Notes under the pieces: generated by a model
The model's input: the letters and a program-made list of their open reading frames with translations, nothing else
Databases searched by the model: none
Told to the model about the DNA's origin: nothing
Made by a program: the position numbers and the translations under genes
NCBI RefSeq assembly: GCF_900232105.1
Contig: NZ_LT934425.1
Span: 840,001-872,000, forward strand
Reading direction: 5' to 3'
Length of the DNA: 32,000 nucleotides
Source of the DNA: Candidatus Kuenenia stuttgartensis
GTDB lineage: Bacteria; Planctomycetota; Brocadiia; Brocadiales; Brocadiaceae
Part shown: positions 8,170 to 17,010 of the stretch, in pieces
Numbering within the stretch: the stretch's first letter is position 1
How the letters are laid out: each line of letters opens with the position of its first letter

Positions 8170-9243
8170 TTGTTTAAGACTATGAATTATAATTTTCCCG
8201 ATACAAGATTATTATTAAGCCAATTTCTTGTACAAAGATATCAAACAGAAATGCTTTTGAAATTTGCGCAAGAAGAAGGAATCCTGCGGCTTCTTGAGTC
8301 TATTGATACATTTCACATCAATGAAGCTATAGAAGCGCTTCAAAATAAGCTCAATTATCAATTGCAGGACAGGTTGAGAAGAAGAATGATACATACACTT
8401 ATTTATCTATTACAGGAGTGTGGATATTTAAGCCTTGAAAACACCAGATATCAATGGCATATGATTGAAAATGCTGCTCCGAAATTAAAAGACGAGGAAT
8501 ATAAAATTATTGAAGTTTCATTTAAGGGAGTGGTGGGGTTTTTTGAAGAGTGTATCAAATACAGCGGTGATTTTTTGCGTGGAGCAACGCCACGTTTCAA
8601 TTTTAATGCGGAATTTACGTCGATATGGGAAAGCTTTCTGGGTAATGCAGAGTTCAACTTTGCCAGATCCATTCTTATAGAATTGTTAATGTTTGAAAAA
8701 AAAGAAAACAGTAATATTCTCGTTCTTTGCTTTGGCCCAGGTTTTGATTTGGTAAAGATAAGTGAGCGATTTTCCAATGTGAAATTATTTGGTCTTGATT
8801 TTGCCGAGAACTTTTACGATAAAGCCAAAAGCAAATTATCAAATTCTCATACCATCGAATGGGTACGTTCTGACCGTTGGAAAGGTTTTGGCTTTCCATT
8901 ACCTTTTCAGGATAATTGCATGGAAGTTGTGTTTTTTGGATGTGCTGATCCATATATCCCCGTTGAAAAAAGAAGATATGCTTATAAGGAAATCTTCAGG
9001 GTTTTGAAGCATGAGGGTTCACTTGGCATTTTGACCAACAGTTACCCTGACCAGGAGAAAAAATACGTAAAAGATAAATGGATAAGATTGGGAATACTTG
9101 CTCATGATTTCTGTGAAAGTGTCTGCGAGGGGTGGCAGGGTTTTCATGAAGCAGTGAATTCAATAAAACTTTTTAAAGAGATTGGGTACCATACGAATAC
9201 CGTAATGCTCAATGCTTCGATCTGGAGATTGGACAAACCTTGA
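8170..9243 (+). CDS. SAM-dependent methyltransferase with an N-terminal helical (O-methyltransferase-like dimerisation/wHTH-like) region
   Basis: 357 aa from TTG 8170; ATG 8182 is an alternative start. Class I methyltransferase motif I variant ILVLCFGPGFD, then LFGLDF and a post-I acidic residue. The assignment of the ~170-aa N-terminal domain is tentative. Confidence 0.7.
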   Translation: MFKTMNYNFPDTRLLLSQFLVQRYQTEMLLKFAQEEGILRLLESIDTFHINEAIEALQNKLNYQLQDRLRRRMIHTLIYLLQECGYLSLENTRYQWHMIENAAPKLKDEEYKIIEVSFKGVVGFFEECIKYSGDFLRGATPRFNFNAEFTSIWESFLGNAEFNFARSILIELLMFEKKENSNILVLCFGPGFDLVKISERFSNVKLFGLDFAENFYDKAKSKLSNSHTIEWVRSDRWKGFGFPLPFQDNCMEVVFFGCADPYIPVEKRRYAYKEIFRVLKHEGSLGILTNSYPDQEKKYVKDKWIRLGILAHDFCESVCEGWQGFHEAVNSIKLFKEIGYHTNTVMLNASIWRLDKP

Positions 9244-10421
9244 GCGGAAGAATATTGATAACGGGCATTGGTTTCATTACACCAATCAAACCTTTTCAGG
9301 GGGTGAACGAATTCTGGCATGCATTGTGTTCCGGGCAGGATCTTATAAAAAAAACGAGACTTCCTTTGCTTGAAATTGATGGGGAATGGCCAATGGCGGA
9401 AATTAGCCTTTCCTGCATAACGCAAACCGTTCAACCGGAAGATAAATTTCAATATCTTATGAAAAGAGCTTTGAACATGGCAATTGAGGATGCAAATCTG
9501 AAAGATTGCTCAAATATAGGTTTCTCCATGGGTACGGTTTTGGGAAATATGTTATTAAAGGAAAAAAAATTGGCTGATGCAAAAAAGCAAAAGAAAGAAT
9601 ACTGTGGTGAACAAGATTCCCTTTCTAATGTGACATTGCAATTTTCTTCCCTATATAACCTAAACGGACCAAAATATACCGTCTCAACCGCATGTACTTC
9701 CGGTACTGATGCCATAGGGATTGCAGCCAGAAGCATACTATCCGGCAAAACTGATATTATGATTGCCGGTGGAGCTGATATTTTGAGTGATTTTGCTATT
9801 ATCGGATTCCATGCCCTTCAGGCAATTACAACTGATAAGGTAAGACCCTTCGATAAAAACAGAAGCGGACTCGCACTCGGCGAAGGGGCGTCATTTGTTG
9901 TGCTTGAGTCCGAGAAAAGCGCGGCAAAAAGAAATGCAAAGGTATATGGCCGGGTCATGGGATATGCGTCGCGTGCTGACGCCAATCATTTAACAGGCCC
10001 TCATCGCGAAGGACGAGGCCTTGCCGAAGCAATAGACAGGGCAATGGGTCAGTCGGGAGTAAAACCGGGTGATATTAATTATATTAATGCACACGGGACT
10101 GGTACGGTTTACAATGATCTTATGGAAACAAAGGCAATAAAGCGGGTATTTGGAAGGTTGGCATATGATATCCCAATCAGTTCGACAAAGTCAATGCTGG
10201 GACATTCCCTGGGTGCGGCGGGGGCTATCGAAGCTATATGTTGCCTGCTGGCAATAAAAAACGGAATTGTACCTCCTACCATTAACTTTCAGGAATGCGA
10301 TCCCGACTGCGATCTTGATTATACTCCGAATATTGCAAGAAACCACCACGTGAAAATGGCAATGTCTCTATCCGCCGGTTTTGGCGGCCAAAACTCAGCG
10401 ATCATATTAGGTGGCGCATGA
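9240..10421 (+). CDS. Beta-ketoacyl-ACP synthase II family (FabF-like), catalytically complete
   Basis: 393 aa. TTG start within a TTGA overlap, required by the conserved GRILITGIGFITP N-terminus. STACTSG (Cys152, nt 9693-9695), NHLTGP, NAHGTGT, GHSLGAAGAIEA and GFGGQN are present. Confidence 0.9.
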   Translation: MSGRILITGIGFITPIKPFQGVNEFWHALCSGQDLIKKTRLPLLEIDGEWPMAEISLSCITQTVQPEDKFQYLMKRALNMAIEDANLKDCSNIGFSMGTVLGNMLLKEKKLADAKKQKKEYCGEQDSLSNVTLQFSSLYNLNGPKYTVSTACTSGTDAIGIAARSILSGKTDIMIAGGADILSDFAIIGFHALQAITTDKVRPFDKNRSGLALGEGASFVVLESEKSAAKRNAKVYGRVMGYASRADANHLTGPHREGRGLAEAIDRAMGQSGVKPGDINYINAHGTGTVYNDLMETKAIKRVFGRLAYDIPISSTKSMLGHSLGAAGAIEAICCLLAIKNGIVPPTINFQECDPDCDLDYTPNIARNHHVKMAMSLSAGFGGQNSAIILGGA

Positions 10422-11005
10422 TTCCAGCGGTTACCGGAATAAGTATATTGAACAGCAATACTCCGGATGGTAAAATTCCGGCTTTTGAGGGACTGGATAA
10501 GAAGTGCCGAATATATAATGCTCTTGATGGTTTGGTGGTTGCTTCCGTCGGTAATGTCTTGCTAAGCGCTGGAATTCCGGTTCCTGTTGCAAATGATGAC
10601 ATTAGTCTTTATCTAGGAATTGATATTTCCATCGAAGATATCAAAAATGAATATTTTAATAACATTCTGGACGAAGGAATTCTTGGAGCAAGTCCGCAAC
10701 TTTTCCAATTTACAACACCAAATTCTCTTGCCGCTCAAGCGACAATAGCTTTCGATTTAAGGGGAGAGTGTATTACCATGCCCATCGGGTCTTCATTCAG
10801 GGAAGTTGTGGAATATGCATGCGAATGTATTATCGGACGAAATATCAAAATGGCAATTGCAGGTTGTATAAGAAAGGTCAAGGCATTAAATCTCCATACA
10901 AGTGGTCATGTATACAGTTCTGAATTTTTTTTTATTGAGGATAGGGAAAGCGCAATGCGGAGGGGTGTGAAAATTTACCCTAATGCGCTGGACAGTGTTT
11001 TATGA
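10418..11005 (+). CDS. Half-length ketosynthase-like protein (N-terminal thiolase-fold half only, no catalytic Cys)
   Basis: 195 aa with ATGA overlaps at both ends. SPQLFQFTTPNSLAAQATIAFDLRGE resembles the KS segment preceding the active site. By eye alignment the nucleophile position is Ser125 (PIGSSF, nt 10790-10792). The C-terminal half carrying the His residues is absent. Confidence 0.55.
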   Translation: MIPAVTGISILNSNTPDGKIPAFEGLDKKCRIYNALDGLVVASVGNVLLSAGIPVPVANDDISLYLGIDISIEDIKNEYFNNILDEGILGASPQLFQFTTPNSLAAQATIAFDLRGECITMPIGSSFREVVEYACECIIGRNIKMAIAGCIRKVKALNLHTSGHVYSSEFFFIEDRESAMRRGVKIYPNALDSVL

Positions 11006-12309
11006 AGATCTTTTGTGCGCCAGACGGACTTTCCGCTGAGACAATCAATAATAATCAGAATGAATTGTTGCTTGCCACGATAGACTATGCGCGACAAATG
11101 TCTCCCTTTTATAAAGAAATCCTTCAAAATGCCGGTACCTTGCAATCCGCCGCCCATGCAAGGGAATACCTGGATAAATTGCCTTTTACCACAAAACAGG
11201 ATATATCAAATAACAATTGGAATTTCCTGGCAGTAAAAAAACAGGATATCGCGGAGTTTGTGTCTACTTCCGGCACCACGGGTGAACCGGTATTTCTTGC
11301 GCTTACGGAAAACGACTTAGAACGTCTTACCTGTAGCGAAGAGCGAAATTTTAATACTATAAACGCTGGCAAAGAAGATTTATTTCACATTGTTGTAACC
11401 TGCGACAATCTATTTACCGCTGGCATTGCATATTACAGAGGACTCATAAGGCGCGGCGCTTCCGTCGCAAGGATAGGGCCTAAAAGCATTATCAGGCATT
11501 TTCAACTCATTAAAGAATTACGGCCTACCGGAATTGTCGCGGTACCATCGTTCATGCATTACCTGATACGCCATGCAAATGAAATTGGAATAAATATTCC
11601 CGATTTGGGCATTGAGAAAATAGTTCTCATAGGCGATAGCATACGAAATACGGATTTTAGTACGAATACACTTGGCAGCTTTATTGAGAATTCATTTAGA
11701 AGGAAAGTTTTTTCCACATACGGTATCTCAGAGGGGCAAATTTCATTTGGTGAATGTGAATTTCACCACGGACTACACGGACATACGGATTTTGTTTACG
11801 TAGAAATTGTGTCGGATGAGGGTATCCCGCTACAAGACGGCGAGATTGGCGAAATGGTAATTACCACCCTTCAACACGAAGGGATGCCTCTGATCCGTTA
11901 CAAAACGGGAGATATTACCTTTAAACTTTCGGGACAGTGTTTATGCGGAAAAAACTCCGTTCGAATTGGTCCGGTTTTGGGACGTAAACACCACCGGTTA
12001 AAGGTAAAAGGGGTTACTCTCTATCCAAAGACAATTGAAAATGCAATTTTTCATTTAAAGGATGTGATAAACTACCAGTTGGAAGCATATACCGGCGATA
12101 CCAAAACAGACCACATTATTTTACGAATAGGTTCCCATAGAAACGATGATAAATTCAGATCATCCTTAATTGATATTCTTCGTGCGAAAACAAGAGTAGT
12201 TCCTGAGATTGAGATAGCTTCGCCAAACGAGATAGAGAAGAAACTCTTTGAAGGGGGCAGTAGAAAGGCGATTACTTTTAAGGATAGGAGGATTAAATTA
12301 CATGAGTAA
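11002..12309 (+). CDS. Phenylacetate-CoA ligase-like (PaaK / coenzyme F390 synthetase family) adenylate-forming enzyme
   Basis: 435 aa. Adenylation core motif FVSTSGTTGEPVF. Its size, the RYKTGD motif and the overall pattern are typical of the PaaK-type short ANL enzymes. Confidence 0.8.
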   Translation: MKIFCAPDGLSAETINNNQNELLLATIDYARQMSPFYKEILQNAGTLQSAAHAREYLDKLPFTTKQDISNNNWNFLAVKKQDIAEFVSTSGTTGEPVFLALTENDLERLTCSEERNFNTINAGKEDLFHIVVTCDNLFTAGIAYYRGLIRRGASVARIGPKSIIRHFQLIKELRPTGIVAVPSFMHYLIRHANEIGINIPDLGIEKIVLIGDSIRNTDFSTNTLGSFIENSFRRKVFSTYGISEGQISFGECEFHHGLHGHTDFVYVEIVSDEGIPLQDGEIGEMVITTLQHEGMPLIRYKTGDITFKLSGQCLCGKNSVRIGPVLGRKHHRLKVKGVTLYPKTIENAIFHLKDVINYQLEAYTGDTKTDHIILRIGSHRNDDKFRSSLIDILRAKTRVVPEIEIASPNEIEKKLFEGGSRKAITFKDRRIKLHE

Positions 12310-13354
12310 CACTATGGACATGATCAATGAACTAAGCTTTTCAAATGATGAGATCTCCGATTGCCTGGCGAATGGAAGCATTCTTTCAATAGAACTTGAA
12401 TTTACCAAAAAGTGTAATCTCAGATGCCTTTACTGCTATTCCAGTGCCGGGTTCGCAGCGGAAAATGAATTGAGCCTGGAAGAAATGAAATCGGTGGTGG
12501 ATCAGGCAAAAGGGCTGGGGGCAAAGAAAATAATCCTCCTGGGAGGCGGCGAACCACTTCTATACGAGGGTGTGGTAGATATCATTAAATATATTAATTC
12601 AATCGGATTGCAGCAAATACTCTTTACAAACGGCGTATTGATTGATAAAGAAATAGCGCAAACACTATACAGAAATAAAGTTTCTGTGGTAATAAAATAT
12701 AATAGCTTTAATCCCGAGGTTCAGGACATGCTTGCAAATGCCAAAGGAACTTATAAACAAATAACCAGAGGACTAAAAATATTGATGGAATCGGGGTATC
12801 CCCGTGAAGATTTGGGACTGGGTATACAGTCCGTAATATGCAAACAAAATATTAACGAGATCCCGGAAATGTGGATGTGGGCGCGGAAAAGAAATATAAT
12901 TCCATATTTTGAAATATTGACTTACCAGGGCAGGGCAAGGGAAAACAAGGATTTGATTGTGCCTACCCTGGAAATTAAGGAGATATTTAAACGGCTGGAG
13001 CAAATCGACAGGGAGCATTTTGGCATTCAGTGGAATTCTCGTCCGACAATTGCCGCCTTTTCCTGTAAACGCCATCTCTATAGCTGCCTTATCAATTCCC
13101 AGGGACATGTACAGCCGTGTACGGGCGTTGATATGTCGGTGGGAAACATCAGGGATAAATCACTTGGGGAAATTCTGGTAAGCAGTGGAGTTATAAAAGA
13201 CCTGAGAAATATTTACGAAAACATAGAAGGACAGTGTAAAACGTGCGAATATAATAAAGAATGTTACGGTTGCAGGGGAAACGCTTACCAAATGACGGGA
13301 AATCATTTGGCTTCAGATTCCACATGTTGGCATTGTGAAAAAAACCCCAAATGA
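12302..13354 (+). CDS. Radical SAM enzyme with C-terminal SPASM-type auxiliary Fe-S domain
   Basis: ATG 12302 is preferred over the ORF-track start at 12248; it overlaps the upstream gene by 8 nt. CxxxCxxC motif KKCNLRCLYC (nt 12413-12436). GGGEPLL SAM-binding motif. C-terminal Cys pattern CX12GX4C (CKRHLYSCLINSQGHVQPC) followed by CKTCEYNKECYGC...CWHC. Confidence 0.85.
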   Translation: MSNTMDMINELSFSNDEISDCLANGSILSIELEFTKKCNLRCLYCYSSAGFAAENELSLEEMKSVVDQAKGLGAKKIILLGGGEPLLYEGVVDIIKYINSIGLQQILFTNGVLIDKEIAQTLYRNKVSVVIKYNSFNPEVQDMLANAKGTYKQITRGLKILMESGYPREDLGLGIQSVICKQNINEIPEMWMWARKRNIIPYFEILTYQGRARENKDLIVPTLEIKEIFKRLEQIDREHFGIQWNSRPTIAAFSCKRHLYSCLINSQGHVQPCTGVDMSVGNIRDKSLGEILVSSGVIKDLRNIYENIEGQCKTCEYNKECYGCRGNAYQMTGNHLASDSTCWHCEKNPK

Positions 13355-14712
13355 AAATTTTGCTTATCTCTGTTAATAACGAGATGAAACCGTACCCCGT
13401 GGCGCCATTAGGCATCGCATATATTGCAACTATTTTAAAAAATAAAGGGCATAGCGTATACGTTCTTGATCTTTGTTTTGCCGAAGATGATTACGTGGCG
13501 ATAGAAGAATCGCTGAGAAAATTTTCTCCGGATCTCCTAGGTCTATCCATCAGAAACATAGATAATTTAACCTTTAGAAAAAGTGTTTACTATCTTCCGC
13601 GGGTTAAGGAAATAGTTCGGCTTATCAAGCGCCTTACATCGGCTCAAATAATTGTTGGAGGATCGGGTTTTTCCCTTTTCCCGGAAGAAGTTTTGAGGTA
13701 TTTGCAACTTGAAATGGGTATTGTTGGCGAGGGAGAAATATCTCTTCCGCAATATATAGACGTCATTATCCATGGTGGTGAAATTAACGATATACCTAAC
13801 CTCTGTTATATAAAAGATGGGAAATACACCCGTAACAATACCCTCTGTAGTGTTGAACCTTTTACACCAAAACGGGATTTGCTAAACAATAACAAATATA
13901 TGGAACTGGGCGGTATGGCCAATATTCAATCAAAAAGGGGTTGCCCGTTTCACTGTACCTATTGCACATATCCAAGTCTGAATGGCAATACGGTAAGGTT
14001 GAGAGAACCATTGGAAATTGTTGATGAGATTAAGGAGTTAAATTCCGAATATGGAGTTGACTATGTTTTCTTTGTGGATGACATATTTAATTGTCCTGAA
14101 AAACACACTGTTGCCCTCTGCGAGGAAATAATCAGGCATGAACTTAAAATTGATTGGGCGTGTTTTGCCACACCAAAAGGAATGACGAAAGAACTTGCGC
14201 TTCTCATGTCGGACGCTGGTTGCAAGGGCATTGAATTCGGAACGGATGCCGGATCCCGAAAAACACTGAAAGCCATTGGCAAGTCTTTTACCATCGAAGA
14301 CATAGCATTTGCCACAGAATGTTGCAATAGTATTAATTTGCCGAATGCTCATTACATTATTGTTGGTGGCCCAGACGAAGACGATTCAACGCTAAGCGAA
14401 ACATTTTCACTTTTTAATAAAATAGAGCCAACCGCGGTTATTGTATTTGTGGGAATCAGGATATATCCAAACACATTGCTTTATTATAAAGCGATTGAAG
14501 ATAAAATCATCGAAAAAGATCAAAATATATTGGAACCTGTTTTTTACATCTCACCTAAGATAGACAGGGACGTTCTGCTTCAAAAAATTTATGATTACGC
14601 ACAACAAAGCCATAATTGGATTGTGCCTGGTCTTGATATTAGATGTGATACGGATATGTTAACCGTTATGAGAAAAATAGGAAAAAGAGGGCCTTTATGG
14701 GATATGATCTAG
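13351..14712 (+). CDS. B12-binding-domain radical SAM enzyme (second copy, class B-like)
   Basis: 453 aa with an ATGA overlap upstream. N-terminal cobalamin-binding-like domain (MKILLISVN...LLGLSIRN...IIVGGSG). CxxxCxxC motif KRGCPFHCTYCTY (Cys198/202/205, nt 13942-13965). Confidence 0.85.
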   Translation: MKILLISVNNEMKPYPVAPLGIAYIATILKNKGHSVYVLDLCFAEDDYVAIEESLRKFSPDLLGLSIRNIDNLTFRKSVYYLPRVKEIVRLIKRLTSAQIIVGGSGFSLFPEEVLRYLQLEMGIVGEGEISLPQYIDVIIHGGEINDIPNLCYIKDGKYTRNNTLCSVEPFTPKRDLLNNNKYMELGGMANIQSKRGCPFHCTYCTYPSLNGNTVRLREPLEIVDEIKELNSEYGVDYVFFVDDIFNCPEKHTVALCEEIIRHELKIDWACFATPKGMTKELALLMSDAGCKGIEFGTDAGSRKTLKAIGKSFTIEDIAFATECCNSINLPNAHYIIVGGPDEDDSTLSETFSLFNKIEPTAVIVFVGIRIYPNTLLYYKAIEDKIIEKDQNILEPVFYISPKIDRDVLLQKIYDYAQQSHNWIVPGLDIRCDTDMLTVMRKIGKRGPLWDMI

Positions 14713-15449
14713 TTCATTCACAAAGAGTAGTGCTGGTGACCGGCGGCAGCAAAGGCATCGGAAAAGCCATTTGCAAGGTATTTATCGGGGAAGGCGATCA
14801 TGTAATTGTAAATCACTGCAAACCAATTGATGATATAGAGAAATTAAGAGAAGAATTTTCATCTCCGCAAGGAAGCTTTTCAATTGAAAAAGCAGATGTC
14901 ACCGATTATGCGCAAATAAAACAAATGGTTGACAATATTGTGAAAAAGCATGGAAAGATAGACGTGCTTATCAATAACGCAGGTATAATTAAAGACGGTT
15001 ATATAATGCTTATGTCGGCAAAAGATTGGAACGACGTTATTAACGTAAACCTGACGGGCGTTTTCAATTGTACAAAAGCAGTGTCTGAACATATGATTGG
15101 GCAAAGGAGCGGAACAATCATCAATATAGCGTCTTTGAGTGGAATTACTGGATTACCCGGCCAGACAAATTACTCCGCCGCTAAAGGTGGTGTAATTGCA
15201 TTTACCATGGCCCTTTCAAAAGAACTTGCGCCTTTTTGTATTAGGGTAAACACCGTCGCTCCGGGAGTCATTGAAACAGATATCATTGATTCCCTCGATA
15301 AAAATAAGAGAAATAGTTACAAGGAACATATTCCTCTAAAAAGATTTGGAAAGCCGGAGGAAGTTGCATCCGTTGTCCGCTTCCTTGCATCATCCGAAGC
15401 AAGTTATATTACAGGGGAAGTTATTCGTGTATCCGGGGGATTAAATTGA
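14697..15449 (+). CDS. fabG: 3-oxoacyl-ACP reductase (SDR family)
   Basis: 250 aa. TGGSKGIGKA cofactor motif, NNAG, and Ser...YSAAK catalytic motif. Length and C-terminus (ASYITGEVIRVSGGL) are typical of FabG. Confidence 0.9.
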   Translation: MGYDLVHSQRVVLVTGGSKGIGKAICKVFIGEGDHVIVNHCKPIDDIEKLREEFSSPQGSFSIEKADVTDYAQIKQMVDNIVKKHGKIDVLINNAGIIKDGYIMLMSAKDWNDVINVNLTGVFNCTKAVSEHMIGQRSGTIINIASLSGITGLPGQTNYSAAKGGVIAFTMALSKELAPFCIRVNTVAPGVIETDIIDSLDKNKRNSYKEHIPLKRFGKPEEVASVVRFLASSEASYITGEVIRVSGGLN

Positions 15450-15703
15450 ATATGCATGACACGATCCAAAAACTCAAGGAATTACTTGTTACAAAATTAA
15501 AACTAAAAATCGGTGTAGACCAGATAAAAGAAGACACTCTGCTTTTCGGCTCAAATAGTCTGGGACTTGATTCCATAGATGTCCTGGAATTAATTATTGC
15601 TATAAAAAAAGAGTTTGGCGTTGAAATCATGGACAGAGAAACATCGGAACAAGTCTTTACCTCCGTTGGCGCAATAGCAAGATATATAGATAAAAACAAA
15701 TGA
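15446..15703 (+). CDS. Acyl carrier protein
   Basis: 85 aa from TTG 15446; ATG 15452 is an alternative start. Phosphopantetheine attachment motif LGLDSIDVLELI (Ser43, nt 15572-15574). Confidence 0.85.
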   Translation: MNMHDTIQKLKELLVTKLKLKIGVDQIKEDTLLFGSNSLGLDSIDVLELIIAIKKEFGVEIMDRETSEQVFTSVGAIARYIDKNK

Positions 15704-16140
15704 AGAAGGCATTCCCAAGTCCCCCGGAAATACTCCCACACGCATACCCGTTTATTATGATAGACAAAATCATTAAATTTGAGGAAAAGATAAGCATTGT
15801 ATGCATAAAGAATGTAAGTTTAAATGATGAATATTTGGGTGGACATTATCAGAAAAATACAAACTTCCCGGCTTTGCCGCAAGTGCTTGTATTAGAGGCA
15901 ATGGTGCAATCATCAGGATTGGTACTGGGTAACACTAAAGACAAAGTTGCATATCTGTGTTTGATAAAAGAAGCCACATTTGAAAAATCTGTTGTGGCAG
16001 GAGATCAACTCGTAATCACTTCCAGGATAACGCAATCGTTTACACCCTTTTATGTATTTGAAGCTGTTGCAACAGTAGATAGCGAGATTGCCTCCAAAGC
16101 GGTAATAACACTTTCGTTGACGATAAAAGGAACAACATGA
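15700..16140 (+). CDS. fabZ: 3-hydroxyacyl-ACP dehydratase, FabZ-like hotdog fold
   Basis: 146 aa with an ATGA overlap. LPHAYPFIMIDKI N-terminal motif. The GGHY...P..PQVLVLEAMVQ motif retains the catalytic His and Glu positions. Confidence 0.8.
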   Translation: MKKAFPSPPEILPHAYPFIMIDKIIKFEEKISIVCIKNVSLNDEYLGGHYQKNTNFPALPQVLVLEAMVQSSGLVLGNTKDKVAYLCLIKEATFEKSVVAGDQLVITSRITQSFTPFYVFEAVATVDSEIASKAVITLSLTIKGTT

Positions 16141-16985
16141 ATTTGCAGCATGTGAATTGTAACCTTTGTGGCGCTGATGATACTAAAATAATTACAGTTC
16201 AAAGCAATCATAACGTGGTAAGATGCAAGAAATGCAGCCTTGTATATGTAAATCCAAGACCGAATACTGAGCATTTAATCCATCTCTATGAAACCTATCA
16301 CCAAAGAAATGGAAAGAGAGAGTACACATGGGCAAATCTTATGGAGAGAAATTACAGGGAAGTATCGGGGTTTTTGGCGCAGGTTTTTCCCGGAAAAGGT
16401 AAAATCCTCGATATTGGATGCGGCTATGGGCATTTTCTCGAAATAATGAGGATTCTTGGATGGGTTGTTAGCGGAATTGATCCATCGCCAAATACGGTGT
16501 GTGCTGCAAACAAAAAGAATCTCAATGTTATTGAAACGTCCATTGAAGACGTTTCCCTCCCGGAAGCTTCTTTCGATGCGATAACAGCTTTTTACGTCCT
16601 GGAACATCTTCCGGATCCATACTCTGCGGTAAAAAAAATCCATTCCCTGCTAAAACCTGGAGGCGTGTTCGTCCTGAGAGTTCCACACACGACTCCTATT
16701 GTCAGACTCCTTTCATTATTCCATATAAAAAATAATCTCTACGATACCCCATACCACTTGTACGATTTTTCACCCGAAACCATTACCGTTCTGTTAAAAA
16801 AAGCGGGGTTTACAACGGTTCAGGTAAAGCCTGGCACACCGACACTTCCGGTTAATTTTTTAGAGAAAATAGTCTCCATTACATCGGGAAATATTGCCCG
16901 AATATTTTTTGCGGTCAGCGGGGGAAAATTTCTTTTCCCAGGCACAAGTAAAACCACAATTGCTTGTAAAAATCTGACAGAATAA
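16137..16985 (+). CDS. Class I SAM-dependent methyltransferase with N-terminal Cys4 zinc ribbon
   Basis: 282 aa with an ATGA overlap. CNLCG...CKKC ribbon. Motif I ILDIGCGYGHF. Also VLEHLPDP and LKPGGVF motifs. Confidence 0.8.
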   Translation: MNLQHVNCNLCGADDTKIITVQSNHNVVRCKKCSLVYVNPRPNTEHLIHLYETYHQRNGKREYTWANLMERNYREVSGFLAQVFPGKGKILDIGCGYGHFLEIMRILGWVVSGIDPSPNTVCAANKKNLNVIETSIEDVSLPEASFDAITAFYVLEHLPDPYSAVKKIHSLLKPGGVFVLRVPHTTPIVRLLSLFHIKNNLYDTPYHLYDFSPETITVLLKKAGFTTVQVKPGTPTLPVNFLEKIVSITSGNIARIFFAVSGGKFLFPGTSKTTIACKNLTE

Positions 16986-17010
16986 ACTTAACGCGTCGCG
17001 ATAGTAAAAC

